A stretch of DNA of 64,000 bases from an uncultured Nitrososphaerota archaeon (GTDB lineage: Archaea; Thermoproteota; Nitrososphaeria; Nitrososphaerales; Gagatemarchaeaceae), in assembly GCA_963703285.1 (NCBI GenBank), contig OY969807.1, positions 288,001 through 352,000 on the forward strand. The letters are read 5' to 3'. Shown in pieces: positions 48,406 through 57,340 of this stretch. The first letter of the stretch is position 1; each line of letters starts with the position of its first letter. The notes beneath the pieces are model-generated. The model ran no database searches and was not told the DNA's origin. It saw only the letters and a program-made list of their open reading frames with translations. Position numbers and translations under genes: made by a program.

Positions 48406-50985
48406 TTGCCGCGGTCTCGATTCGAAGCCTTCAACTCGTTCCTGAAGAGGCGGCGCAAGCTCATCATCGTAGCATGGATCATCGCCCTGATAATCGCGGG
48501 GACGCAGGTCCCCACGTTCTTCGGAGCCGTGTCCTACAACGTCGCAGACCAGAGCTTCGGCGGACCGACGAACTCCGAGTCGCAGCAGGCGCAGAACATC
48601 ATAGATGCGCAGTTCCCCTCCTCCAACAGCTCTGGACTGAACACGATCATCGTGGTCCTCCAGAACGACGAGATGTATTCCGCCTCGGTCCAAGCCGCGG
48701 TCCTAGGGCTGAACCGCACCCTCGCATCCGACCCCGCGCTTTCGCCGAGCTTCACAGGGATCGAGAGCATCTACTCCACCGAGTATTCGTTCCTGGAGTC
48801 GGTGGTCCCCTCGCTCCTGCAGCAGGTCTCCCAGCTCAACGAGAGCCTGGCCTCCGCGGGCATGGCGTCGACCTGGCAGACGGCCTCGGCGCTTGTGGCG
48901 AACGCGACCGCGGCCTCGTTCGCCTCGTCCCCCCTGTTCACCGCCCGCGTCGCCCCGCTCGCGTCCCTCCTCTCGTCCCTCGCTTCGGGCTACGCCCCGT
49001 CACAGGTCAGAGCCGCCATAGAGAGCGCAGTCGTCTCTGAGGACTACCAGCAGTACCCGCTCGCGCTCTCCCCCTCGATCACCAGGAACTTCGTCAGCCC
49101 CGACAACGGCACGATGATAGTGGTCTACAGCTTCTCCGTCCCGCCCACCTCGGCGATGATCGCCGCCTTCCGGTCGGACATCGTTGCCTCGGCGCTTCCC
49201 CCTCTCGGCACCTATTACGTGACCGGGTCGGCGGTCCTCACCCAGGACATCTCGAAGGTCTTCGGCCCCGTGGTGGGCATAACGGTGGTCCCCGGGGTTC
49301 TGGCCTCGCTCGCCATAGTCGGAATTCTGCTGCTTGCGCCCCTGGCGGCGCTGATCCCGGTGCTCGTCGGCGGGATAGCGATCGCGATAGCGCTCCCCAC
49401 CATATACTACGGCGTCGACATCCTCGGCCACGGGACCCTCACGTTCCTGACCCCCGCCCTCACCATCCTCCTAACGCTCGGCCTCGCCGTGGACTACTCC
49501 GTGCTCCAGCTCAGACGGACCAAGGAGGAGAGGAACAACGGAAGGACGACCGATGAGAGCGTCTCCGTCTCCGTCAAGTGGGCCGGCCAGGCGGTGCTGA
49601 CCGCCGGCGTCACCGTCGTCGTGGCGTACATAGTCATGGCCGTCGCCAACGTCCCGCTCTTCAGCGGCGTCGGCACCGCGATAGCAATCGCCGTCTCAAT
49701 CCTCATCCTGGCCTCCCTAACGCTCCTCCCGGCGCTCGAGTTGACGCTCGGCGACAGGCTCTTCTGGCCGGGCCTCAACAGGCGGAAGAACGTCCAGCGG
49801 TCCAAGATCAGCCGGCTGAACCGCATCGGGGAGAAGACCCTCAAGAACAAGGTCGCAGTCATCGCGGTCGTCTCGGTCTTCGCCCTGGGCGCGGTCTTCG
49901 TGGTGGCGGAGACAGCGACGGGGTCCGACATACTGAAGCTGTTCCCGAGCTTCGAGAGCAACGTGGGGCTCAACGTGATGGAATCGGCGCTGGGAAGCTC
50001 CACGGTGGATCCCTCCATCATCGTCATCACGACGCCCACGCCCATAGTCTACGGGCAGGACCAGTTCAACCAGACCCTGCTGAAGCAGATAGAGCTGATC
50101 AGCTCCACAGCTTCCTCGGTCCGGGGTGTCTCCACCGTCTCGGGTCCCACGCGCCCGTACGGTTCGCCGTTCAACTACTCGGGCGTGCAGCAGCTGCCGG
50201 AGCCCGAGAGGTCGCAGTACCTCGCCGGCATGCTCTCGACGATCGGCAAGAACAACGAGACCGCGCAGGTCGTCGTGGGGCTCGGCAGCGACGCCATGGG
50301 CCAGAGCTCCATCGACACGCTCCTCAAGGTGGAGTCTGCGGTCGCGGCGCTTCCGGGCGTGAAGGGCGTCGCGCTCTACTACGGCGGGACCACCCAGTCG
50401 ACCTACGACAGTCAGGCATTCCTGAATGGGATTCTCCCCGAGGTGATAGCAGTCCTAGCCGCCTCCGTCTACGTCATACTCCTGATCCAGCTCAGGTCCG
50501 CGTTCACCCCCGTAAGGCTCGTCTTCACCATCCTTTGCAGCGTCGCCTTCGCGAGCGCTCTCCTAATCGTCCTCTACTACTACATCCAGGGGCTGCCAAT
50601 CCTGGACTTCGCGCCCCTCTTCGTGGTCGTGACCATGCTCGGGGTCGGCATCGACTATGACATCTTCTTCGTCACCAGGATCAGGGAGGAGGTGCTCAAC
50701 GGCAAGTCGGACGACGACGCCATCAAGACCGCGCTGAACAAGATCTGGGTGACCATATTCGGGCTCGGCCTGGTGCTGGCCACGGTCTTCTCTTCGTTGA
50801 TAGCCACGAGGATCGCTCTCCTGGGGGAGATAGGCTTCGTCGTGGCGGCTGCGGTCCTAGTTGACGTCGGAGTCGTGATCCTGCTCTTCGTCCCGGCGCT
50901 CATGGGACTAGCGGAGAGGTTCAACTGGTGGCCCTCCAAGCTCGGGAGCCGCGAGGCCCAGGGGGCCTCCGAGACCAAAGACTGA
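48406..50985 (+). CDS. MMPL/RND family transporter
   Basis: Two TM bundles with GLAVDYS and GVGIDYDIF..RIREE. Confidence 0.88.
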   Translation: MPRSRFEAFNSFLKRRRKLIIVAWIIALIIAGTQVPTFFGAVSYNVADQSFGGPTNSESQQAQNIIDAQFPSSNSSGLNTIIVVLQNDEMYSASVQAAVLGLNRTLASDPALSPSFTGIESIYSTEYSFLESVVPSLLQQVSQLNESLASAGMASTWQTASALVANATAASFASSPLFTARVAPLASLLSSLASGYAPSQVRAAIESAVVSEDYQQYPLALSPSITRNFVSPDNGTMIVVYSFSVPPTSAMIAAFRSDIVASALPPLGTYYVTGSAVLTQDISKVFGPVVGITVVPGVLASLAIVGILLLAPLAALIPVLVGGIAIAIALPTIYYGVDILGHGTLTFLTPALTILLTLGLAVDYSVLQLRRTKEERNNGRTTDESVSVSVKWAGQAVLTAGVTVVVAYIVMAVANVPLFSGVGTAIAIAVSILILASLTLLPALELTLGDRLFWPGLNRRKNVQRSKISRLNRIGEKTLKNKVAVIAVVSVFALGAVFVVAETATGSDILKLFPSFESNVGLNVMESALGSSTVDPSIIVITTPTPIVYGQDQFNQTLLKQIELISSTASSVRGVSTVSGPTRPYGSPFNYSGVQQLPEPERSQYLAGMLSTIGKNNETAQVVVGLGSDAMGQSSIDTLLKVESAVAALPGVKGVALYYGGTTQSTYDSQAFLNGILPEVIAVLAASVYVILLIQLRSAFTPVRLVFTILCSVAFASALLIVLYYYIQGLPILDFAPLFVVVTMLGVGIDYDIFFVTRIREEVLNGKSDDDAIKTALNKIWVTIFGLGLVLATVFSSLIATRIALLGEIGFVVAAAVLVDVGVVILLFVPALMGLAERFNWWPSKLGSREAQGASETKD

Positions 50986-50993
50986 GCCGCTGC

Positions 50994-51563
50994 TCAGGAC
51001 GCCAGCCAGGTGACCTTCTCGCGGAAGGGGGTCCTCTTCCCCGGAGCGACCGCTCCCGAGGCGTATCCGACCTGGACCATCGCGACGAGCACCTCGCCCT
51101 CAGCCATGGCGAAGAACCTCTTCACCACCTCCGAGTACGAGTGCATCCCCGTCCTCACCGAGGTCGCCAGCCCGAGTGACCGCGCGGCAAGGAGCATGTT
51201 CTGGAGGGCCGCTCCGGCAGCTACGATCTCCTCCTGGGGGACGACGTTCCCCCCGGTCCCCGGGGCCCCTATGAGGGCGATCAACACCGGTGAGGAGAGC
51301 GGCTTGGACCTCTCCTTCTCGAGCCGTTCCGACGGAAGGGGCTCCGGGGAGGATCCTTCCAGCGCCGCCGCCAGCGCTTCCCCCAGTCTCACCCGCGCGC
51401 CCTTCTCAAGGACGACGAACCTCCAGGGCTCGGTCAGGTGGTGGTTGGGGGCCCAGGTCGCCGCCTCGATAATCTCCTCGATGAGGGCTCGGGGAGGCTC
51501 TCCGTCCGGGTCCATCCTCTTGACGTTCCTCCGCGACCTGATCGCCTCGATGACCTCGTTCAT
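50994..51563 (-). CDS. Nitroreductase family protein
   Basis: IRSRR; APNHHLTEPWRF; QNMLLAARSLGL. Confidence 0.9.
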   Translation of the reverse strand: MNEVIEAIRSRRNVKRMDPDGEPPRALIEEIIEAATWAPNHHLTEPWRFVVLEKGARVRLGEALAAALEGSSPEPLPSERLEKERSKPLSSPVLIALIGAPGTGGNVVPQEEIVAAGAALQNMLLAARSLGLATSVRTGMHSYSEVVKRFFAMAEGEVLVAMVQVGYASGAVAPGKRTPFREKVTWLAS

Positions 51564-51645
51564 CGCGTCAGCCGCGCGATCCCGACCCTAGATAAGCGGG
51601 TCTCTACCTAGAACTTAAATAGAAAAAACAGTCGTCGTGAGAACG

Positions 51646-52311
51646 ATGAAGTTCTACCTCGACACAGCGAACCTTGCCTCGATCCGGAGGTACAACCAGA
51701 TGGGCCTGGTGGACGGGGTGACGACGAACCCCTCCCTCGTGGCCAAGGAGCAGGGCGACTTCGAGGAGATCGTCGTCGCGATATGCAAGGAGGTCAACGG
51801 CCCGGTATCCGCCGAGGTCGTCAGCACCGACCACGACGGTATCGTCTCAGAGGCGAAGCACCTCTCGAAGCTCGCGCCGAACGTCGTCGTGAAGATCCCG
51901 ATGATTCCCGAGGGTCTGAGGGCGACCAGGACCGTGAGCTCGATGGGCATCCCCGTCAACGTAACCCTCATCTTCTCGGCGAACCAGGGCCTCCTCGCCG
52001 CCAAGGCTGGCGCCTCGTACATCAGCCCCTTCATAGGGAGGCTCGACGACATCGGCCAGAGGGGCATGGGGGTGATAGAGGACCTCGTCAAGATAAAGCG
52101 GAACTATGGCCTGAAGGCGGAGGTCCTGGTCGCGAGCATCAGACATCCGCAGCACGTCCTCGAGGCCGCGAAGCTGGGCGCGGACATAGCCACGATGCCG
52201 GCCGAAGTGATGGAGAAGATGATGATGCACCCGCTCACCGACGCGGGCCTGAAGAAGTTCCTCGAAGACTGGTCCAGGGCCAAGAAGGAGAAGCCGTCGC
52301 TTACGGTCTGA
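51646..52311 (+). CDS. tal: Transaldolase / fructose-6-phosphate aldolase family
   Basis: YLDTA; GVTTNPS; VKIP; SPFIGRLDD. Confidence 0.88.
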   Translation: MKFYLDTANLASIRRYNQMGLVDGVTTNPSLVAKEQGDFEEIVVAICKEVNGPVSAEVVSTDHDGIVSEAKHLSKLAPNVVVKIPMIPEGLRATRTVSSMGIPVNVTLIFSANQGLLAAKAGASYISPFIGRLDDIGQRGMGVIEDLVKIKRNYGLKAEVLVASIRHPQHVLEAAKLGADIATMPAEVMEKMMMHPLTDAGLKKFLEDWSRAKKEKPSLTV

Positions 52312-52339
52312 GACCTTCGGTGACGTCAGGGTCCACCGC

Positions 52340-52630
52340 ATGAAGTACATGACGGACGCCAACGTGAGCGGTCTCGCGAGGGAGCTGAGGGCGCGGGGGG
52401 TCGACTGCGAGACGGTCCACAGGCTCATGCTGGGGAACGAGGACTCGCGCGTTCCGATATCCGACCCCCAGATCGTCAAGTTCCTTTCTGACAAGGGCGG
52501 CTCGATAACCCTAATCACGCTCGACAGCGAGCTCGCCTCCTACTGCGCCGCCTTCGGAATCTCGTGCATCCGGCTGCAGGACCTCGTCATCGAGCACATC
52601 TCCCCCGCAGGAACAAAGCTACCTAAGTAA
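52340..52630 (+). CDS. DUF5615/Mut7-like PIN protein
   Basis: MKYMTDANV ... ISDPQI ... LITLD. Confidence 0.7.
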   Translation: MKYMTDANVSGLARELRARGVDCETVHRLMLGNEDSRVPISDPQIVKFLSDKGGSITLITLDSELASYCAAFGISCIRLQDLVIEHISPAGTKLPK

Positions 52631-52790
52631 AGTAGCGGTTCTGTCAACTCTTCGGCTCATGTCCGAAGGAGTCAACTTCCACCCATCTGCTCGGAGGATT
52701 ACCCGCCTTCTCCTGCCTTCGGGGTTCCCCTTCACCGCTTCTTCTGGGTGGCCGAGCCGCACGAACCTGTGCGGCCATCATGATGTTCCT
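52617..52790 (-). ncRNA. Predicted omegaRNA (reRNA) scaffold + guide of TnpB; boundaries approximate
   Basis: Overlaps the tnpB 3' end as in known TnpB loci; hairpin GCCGCAC/GTGCGGC (52756-52775), CCACCCA/TGGGTGG pairing, terminal hairpin 52643-52676. Confidence 0.55.
52629..52636 (+). repeat. 8-bp target-site duplication AAAGTAGC, copy 1
   Basis: Abuts the TIR at 52637; identical to 53873-53880. Confidence 0.9.
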
Positions 52791-53872
52791 CGATGCGTTC
52801 GCGTCCCTATCCTCGGTCTTGCCGCAAGAGGGACAGATCACCGTCCGTCCCTCGAATCTCTGAGAGGAGCCACACTTCGAGCAGTTTCGGGACGTGTAGC
52901 GCGGGCTCACGTATGTGACGGGGAGACCCTCCCATCTTGCCTTGTACTCGATTTGCCTTTGAATTTCCCGGAAGGTCCAGGAGTTCATCCTGCCTCTGTA
53001 GACGGCATCCTGCCAATTCCCTTTGCGGTAGAGCTTCCGTATCCCTTTCAGCCTCTCCATGACCGCACCGAATCGCTTCCGTTTCGCCTCCTGAACGATG
53101 GCCCTGCTGATCAGGTGAAGTCTGTGAACCGTCCTGTCCTTTTCCCTCCTTCCGTACTTGCGATAGAGGCGCTGGCTGACTCGTCTGTCCTGCCTTGTCC
53201 GATTTCCTATCTTCGCCCTAATGTCCCTATATCGCTCCCTGAGCTCGGAAATCTCGGAGGTGTCGTACCGGGCCACGCGTCCAGACGCGTCTGACGTGGT
53301 GACGTTCCTCTCGTTCACGTCTAGTCCTACGTTACCTGCGATGTCAATCGTCGCGGATTCCTTCGAGAACGCGATCGAGAGGCCCTGAGGCGTAAGAGTG
53401 ATGGAGCCTTTCCTGAGGCTTGAATCGTCGATGAACGCGAGGTGGTACCTGGAGCCCTGCAGGACAAGGTAGACGAACTGCCTGGGCCTGGTCGGGATCC
53501 TCAACACCATGTGGTTCAGGAGGTACGACTGGCTGTCTAGCTTGAGAAAGACGCGCTTCACGTACGGTCGTGACCTTCTCTCCTTGTTGCGATATATCGA
53601 GAATGCGACTTCGCAGGCCGAAAGCAGGTAGTGAGTGTGGAGACCGTACTCCTTCAGGCGGGAGTATGCGAGCCTGATTAGAGCGAACCTATTCTTGGGC
53701 TTCTCCTGCAATGCTATCCTGATGGCGTCGTTGCACATCAGGCGGAAGTCCTCCAGGAGGGAGCCCAGCTCCTGGGAGTAGGCGTAACTGAACCGGACGG
53801 CCCTGACGGCTCGCACATCTTCTCTGTTCCGCCGAATACTTAAGCGCCATGAGCCGAAGGGGTACTAGAACC
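52637..53872 (-). mobile_element. Non-autonomous TnpB element with IS6-like TIRs and 8-bp TSD
   Basis: TIRs 52637-52661 and 53848-53872 (20/25 match, both ending GGTTCT); TSD on both sides; only tnpB inside. Confidence 0.88.
52644..53816 (-). CDS. tnpB: RNA-guided endonuclease TnpB
   Basis: RuvC-I GLDVN, RuvC-II MERL, Zn finger CSKC..CPSC, RuvC-III DRDANASRNI; all three catalytic residues present. Confidence 0.92.
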   Translation of the reverse strand: MRAVRAVRFSYAYSQELGSLLEDFRLMCNDAIRIALQEKPKNRFALIRLAYSRLKEYGLHTHYLLSACEVAFSIYRNKERRSRPYVKRVFLKLDSQSYLLNHMVLRIPTRPRQFVYLVLQGSRYHLAFIDDSSLRKGSITLTPQGLSIAFSKESATIDIAGNVGLDVNERNVTTSDASGRVARYDTSEISELRERYRDIRAKIGNRTRQDRRVSQRLYRKYGRREKDRTVHRLHLISRAIVQEAKRKRFGAVMERLKGIRKLYRKGNWQDAVYRGRMNSWTFREIQRQIEYKARWEGLPVTYVSPRYTSRNCSKCGSSQRFEGRTVICPSCGKTEDRDANASRNIMMAAQVRAARPPRRSGEGEPRRQEKAGNPPSRWVEVDSFGHEPKS

Positions 53873-53880
53873 AAAGTAGC
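53873..53880 (+). repeat. 8-bp target-site duplication AAAGTAGC, copy 2
   Basis: Directly follows AGAACC at 53872. Confidence 0.9.
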
Positions 53881-53914
53881 AAAGGTTTTAACGAGTCGGG
53901 CCGGCCAAACTCTC

Positions 53915-54520
53915 ATGGCTAAGACCTACACTCTTCCGCCGCTGCCGTACGCCTACAACGCTCTCGAACCGTACATATCGCAGCAGATAATGACGCTGCA
54001 TCACGACAAGCACCACAACGCCTACGTGACGGGCGCGAACGCAGCCCTCGACAAGCTCGAGAAGGCGCGGGCGGGGCAGATGCAGATTGACGTGAGGGGC
54101 GTCCTCAGGGACCTGAGCTTCAACCTGGACGGCCACAAGCTCCACTCTCTCTTCTGGCCGAATATGGCCCCCGCAGGAAAGGGAGGAGGCAAGCCCGGAG
54201 GGAAGCTGGCCGACAAGATCGACGCCGACTTCGGGGGGTTCGACAAGTTCAAGCAGCAGTTCGGAGACGCGGCCAAGGCCGTGGAGGGTGTGGGATGGGC
54301 CCTCCTATGTTACGATTCTGAACTGGGTCAACTCATGATGACACAAGTCGAGAAACAAAACGTGATGCATCTGGCCGAACTCCCAATTCTGCTGGGCTGC
54401 GACGTTTTTGAACACGCATATTACTTGCAGTATCTGAACGACCGAGGAAAGTACGTCGACGCTTGGTGGAACGTGGTGAACTGGGACGACGTCGGGAAAA
54501 GGCTGGACAAAGTGAAGTAG
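53915..54520 (+). CDS. sod: Fe/Mn superoxide dismutase
   Basis: LPYAYNALEPYI; HHDKHH; DVFEHAYY; BRE/TATA-like AAAGGTTTTAA at 53881-53891. Confidence 0.95.
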   Translation: MAKTYTLPPLPYAYNALEPYISQQIMTLHHDKHHNAYVTGANAALDKLEKARAGQMQIDVRGVLRDLSFNLDGHKLHSLFWPNMAPAGKGGGKPGGKLADKIDADFGGFDKFKQQFGDAAKAVEGVGWALLCYDSELGQLMMTQVEKQNVMHLAELPILLGCDVFEHAYYLQYLNDRGKYVDAWWNVVNWDDVGKRLDKVK

Positions 54521-54766
54521 TCCAACAGCTAATCTGCTACCTAGTTCGGAAGCTCTCGGTAGGTCTCACGCAGTAGACCTTGCCGGCGACGAAACCGATC
54601 AAAAGCAGGGCCGGGGGGTCGAGAAGGAAACTCAGGGACTACACGCGCGCCTCTGGAGAGGACTTCGTATTTAGGCGCTCCCTCGTCAGAGTGAAGAAGC
54701 CCGACGTCAAGATTCCTGAGATGTCCGGCAGGCTATTTATAGCGAGTTCGACCCGTTCAAGAGCCG

Positions 54767-55690
54767 ATGGGCGAATTCACCATCAACACCGAGGGCGTCC
54801 CCTTCAGCCTCCGCTACACCCTCGAGAGCGGCCAGTCCTTCCGGTGGGCGCAGAGGGGCGACTGGTGGGTCGGCGTCGTGGGCCCGGGCGTCGTCCGCAT
54901 CAGGCAGGACGGCGCGTCCCTCGTCTGCGCCTCCAGCACCGAGGCCCTGGACTCCCACGCCCTCTTCGGCTACCTCGGCCTCGAGGACGACCTCGAGCGC
55001 ATCCTCGCCTCCATAATGAAGGACGAGAAGATAACCGAGGCCGTCCAGGCCCTCTACGGCCTGAGGCTTATGAAGCAGGATGTCTGGGAGTGCCTGCTCT
55101 CGTTCGCCCTCGCCCAGAACTCCAACATCCCGAGGATCAGGACGATGATATCGAGCCTCTGCGGGCTCCTGGGAGAGAGGGTCGATTTCGAGGGTGAGGC
55201 CTACTCGCTCTTCCCCACGCCGGAGTCGGTCGCGTCCGCCGAGGTCTCCGCGCTGACGGCCTGCGGCCTCGGGTACAGGGCGAGGTACGTGAAGGGCATA
55301 GCGGAGGCGGTCAACCTGGGCTATCGGAACCTCGACGAGCTGCGCCTCTACGACTACCCCAGATCGAAGGAGCTTCTCATGGAGGAGGTCCTCGGAAAGA
55401 AGACGCTGATGGGGATCGGTCCCAAGGTCGCCGACTGCGTCCTCCTCTTCTCGTGCGGCAAGTACTCTGCGTTCCCCATCGACGTCTGGATCGCCAAGGT
55501 TCTCGCGGGCTACTACCCCCACCTGTTCGCCCCGGAGCTGAAGGAGAAGCTCGCGTCAGCGGTCTCGGGCAAGAGCAGCCTCTCGGAGGCCACCTACGAG
55601 GCTCTCGCGGCCGACGCCAGGGGGTACTTCGGGGAGTTCGCGGGCTACGCTCAGCAGTACCTCTTCCACAACGAAAGGACGCGGACCTAG
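54767..55690 (+). CDS. 8-oxoguanine DNA glycosylase (OGG1-like)
   Basis: TLESGQSFRW; QNSNIPRI; GLGYRA; GIGPKVADC; FPIDVW; AGYAQQYLF. Confidence 0.9.
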   Translation: MGEFTINTEGVPFSLRYTLESGQSFRWAQRGDWWVGVVGPGVVRIRQDGASLVCASSTEALDSHALFGYLGLEDDLERILASIMKDEKITEAVQALYGLRLMKQDVWECLLSFALAQNSNIPRIRTMISSLCGLLGERVDFEGEAYSLFPTPESVASAEVSALTACGLGYRARYVKGIAEAVNLGYRNLDELRLYDYPRSKELLMEEVLGKKTLMGIGPKVADCVLLFSCGKYSAFPIDVWIAKVLAGYYPHLFAPELKEKLASAVSGKSSLSEATYEALAADARGYFGEFAGYAQQYLFHNERTRT

Positions 55691-55694
55691 GGCT

Positions 55695-56126
55695 CTAGTC
55701 TTCCTTCGACTTTCGGGCCTTCTTCGGCCTAGACACCTTCTTCTTCTTCTCCTTCTCCTCTCGGGCCTCCTCGGCCTTCCGCGTCTTCGGCTCGGGGACG
55801 TACCACCCCCTCAGGCTGCTTACGTTCCTCTCGAGCACCGACCTCCTCTTGCTATCGACACGGACATCGTTCCTCCTCGCGAAGAGCACACCCACACCGG
55901 CGCTCTCGAGCTCGCCCAACGAGTAGCCCCGCGCGTCCCTCTCCTTCATCTCGCGATCGTGCCTCGCTAGGACGACCGGCGTCGGCGCGGGCCCCGGGTC
56001 CGCCCTCGCAGCCGTGACCTCGGCGGCGGGCTCCGCCTTCTCCTCCTTGGGCGCCTTCTTCCTCGCCGCGGCCCTCCTGGCGGACGTCTTCTTGGCGGGG
56101 GCCTTCTTCTCGTCCCTGTCGCTCAT
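55695..56126 (-). CDS. rpl13e: Ribosomal protein L13e with Lys-rich extensions
   Basis: ARGYSLGELESAGV ... VDSKRRS...NV. Confidence 0.8.
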   Translation of the reverse strand: MSDRDEKKAPAKKTSARRAAARKKAPKEEKAEPAAEVTAARADPGPAPTPVVLARHDREMKERDARGYSLGELESAGVGVLFARRNDVRVDSKRRSVLERNVSSLRGWYVPEPKTRKAEEAREEKEKKKKVSRPKKARKSKED

Positions 56127-56270
56127 GTTCTGGTGCCGCCCGGCCCGCGGACTTTAAAAGTCGTTCCCCGCGCCTCGTCCTGACGGCGGTCCTCGCCATC
56201 TGCGACCTCGCAGGCTGCGCCACGGAGACCTCGGAAACGCTTAAGAAATGCGGGGCGGGCGCGCCGTCGT

Positions 56271-56408
56271 CCCGGAGTAGCTCAGCCTGGTAGATCCTCG
56301 TGGGGAACCAACAGCTTCCGGCTGTAGCGGTCGGCCATCGGCTGACCCGATCAGCCTACTCAGGCCACAGTAACCGGAGTGTCGTCGGCTCAAATCCGAC
56401 CTCCGGGA
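56271..56408 (+). tRNA. tRNA-Tyr(GTA) with two BHB introns (56294-56312 and 56328-56372)
   Basis: Acceptor CCCGGAG/CTCCGGG-A; D stem GCTC/GAGC restored after splicing; anticodon arm TCCGG-CTGTAG^A-CCGGA; T arm GTCGG-CTCAAAT-CCGAC; TATA CTTAAG near 56240. Confidence 0.9.
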
Positions 56409-56431
56409 CGTATTCCTATGTGACTAATCCA

Positions 56432-57340
56432 TCATTGCCAATTATGCCTACCAGTAATCTTTGCCCACCTTCGGTTTCGAAGTGTATAGCTCGAGAGAAA
56501 TGCGACGTATCGACCCTTGAGAGGAACCTCGTTGATTATTGCAATCATGTCGTCGAGTTTGTCCTTCTTGCTGGGAACCGAGAACCCCACGACTGAATGG
56601 TAACGAAAAGCGTTCTGGATGCCGTCAATTCTGATCTGGGATACCTCGTGCCTCCTCGTGAAGGTCTTGCCGCGGCTAGTCATTGCCTCGCCAATCTTGT
56701 GAGTTTTGGCCAGACGTGACTCGATACCCAGACCCGTAAGGAAATCGCTCACCAGCGCCAAGTAGTCCAAATTCGTGTTTGCCGCTCCTATCTCGATTCC
56801 ACTGAACAACTGTTTCTTGTGATTGAGCTTGGGCGAGGCGAAGCCCTCGGCATCGAAGAAACCACGGAGAAAATCGCTTGGAAATGATTCGATCAACTTC
56901 GAGAATTCGTGAATGGGCTGTTGCAGAAAATCATAGAGAACCGCAGAATCGTAGCTGACGGAATAGAATCCTCCGTCTACTGTCACGGTCTTCAGGGTTG
57001 CCCCAAGAACCTGCGCGACCAATTCGTTAAGCAGATTTGCAAATGCTGAATCTGCAAGATTGAACCTCACCCTCTTGTCTTTAGGTCCGGCTGTCCTTCC
57101 ATCCCCAAGATACGCGCCGACGAGGTAGGACAGATCCGGCCTCGGCGTGAGGTCAGGACTATAGACGGTCCTCGAAGGCCGGTTAACCCTGAACCAGTAG
57201 CTCACGTCGCGCCTGCTGATGCCGAGACTTTGCGCAATGTCCCTGATTCCGAGGCCTTTCGACCTCAACTCGTGGACCTTAGAATACAGCTCAACTCTCT
57301 CCTCGAGAGGCCTATGCCTGTAGATTCTCGGCGTCCCCAC
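56432..57340 (-). CDS. Free-standing LAGLIDADG endonuclease with N-terminal HTH
   Basis: YLVGAYLGDG and FLRGFFDAEG motifs; GLGIRDIAQSLGISRRDVSYW; lower GC than flanks. Confidence 0.85.
   Translation of the reverse strand: MGTPRIYRHRPLEERVELYSKVHELRSKGLGIRDIAQSLGISRRDVSYWFRVNRPSRTVYSPDLTPRPDLSYLVGAYLGDGRTAGPKDKRVRFNLADSAFANLLNELVAQVLGATLKTVTVDGGFYSVSYDSAVLYDFLQQPIHEFSKLIESFPSDFLRGFFDAEGFASPKLNHKKQLFSGIEIGAANTNLDYLALVSDFLTGLGIESRLAKTHKIGEAMTSRGKTFTRRHEVSQIRIDGIQNAFRYHSVVGFSVPSKKDKLDDMIAIINEVPLKGRYVAFLSSYTLRNRRWAKITGRHNWQ

Noticed and set aside
54580-54766. Protein-like frame between sod and ogg
   Set aside because: Runs out of frame into ogg without its own stop and has no recognisable motif
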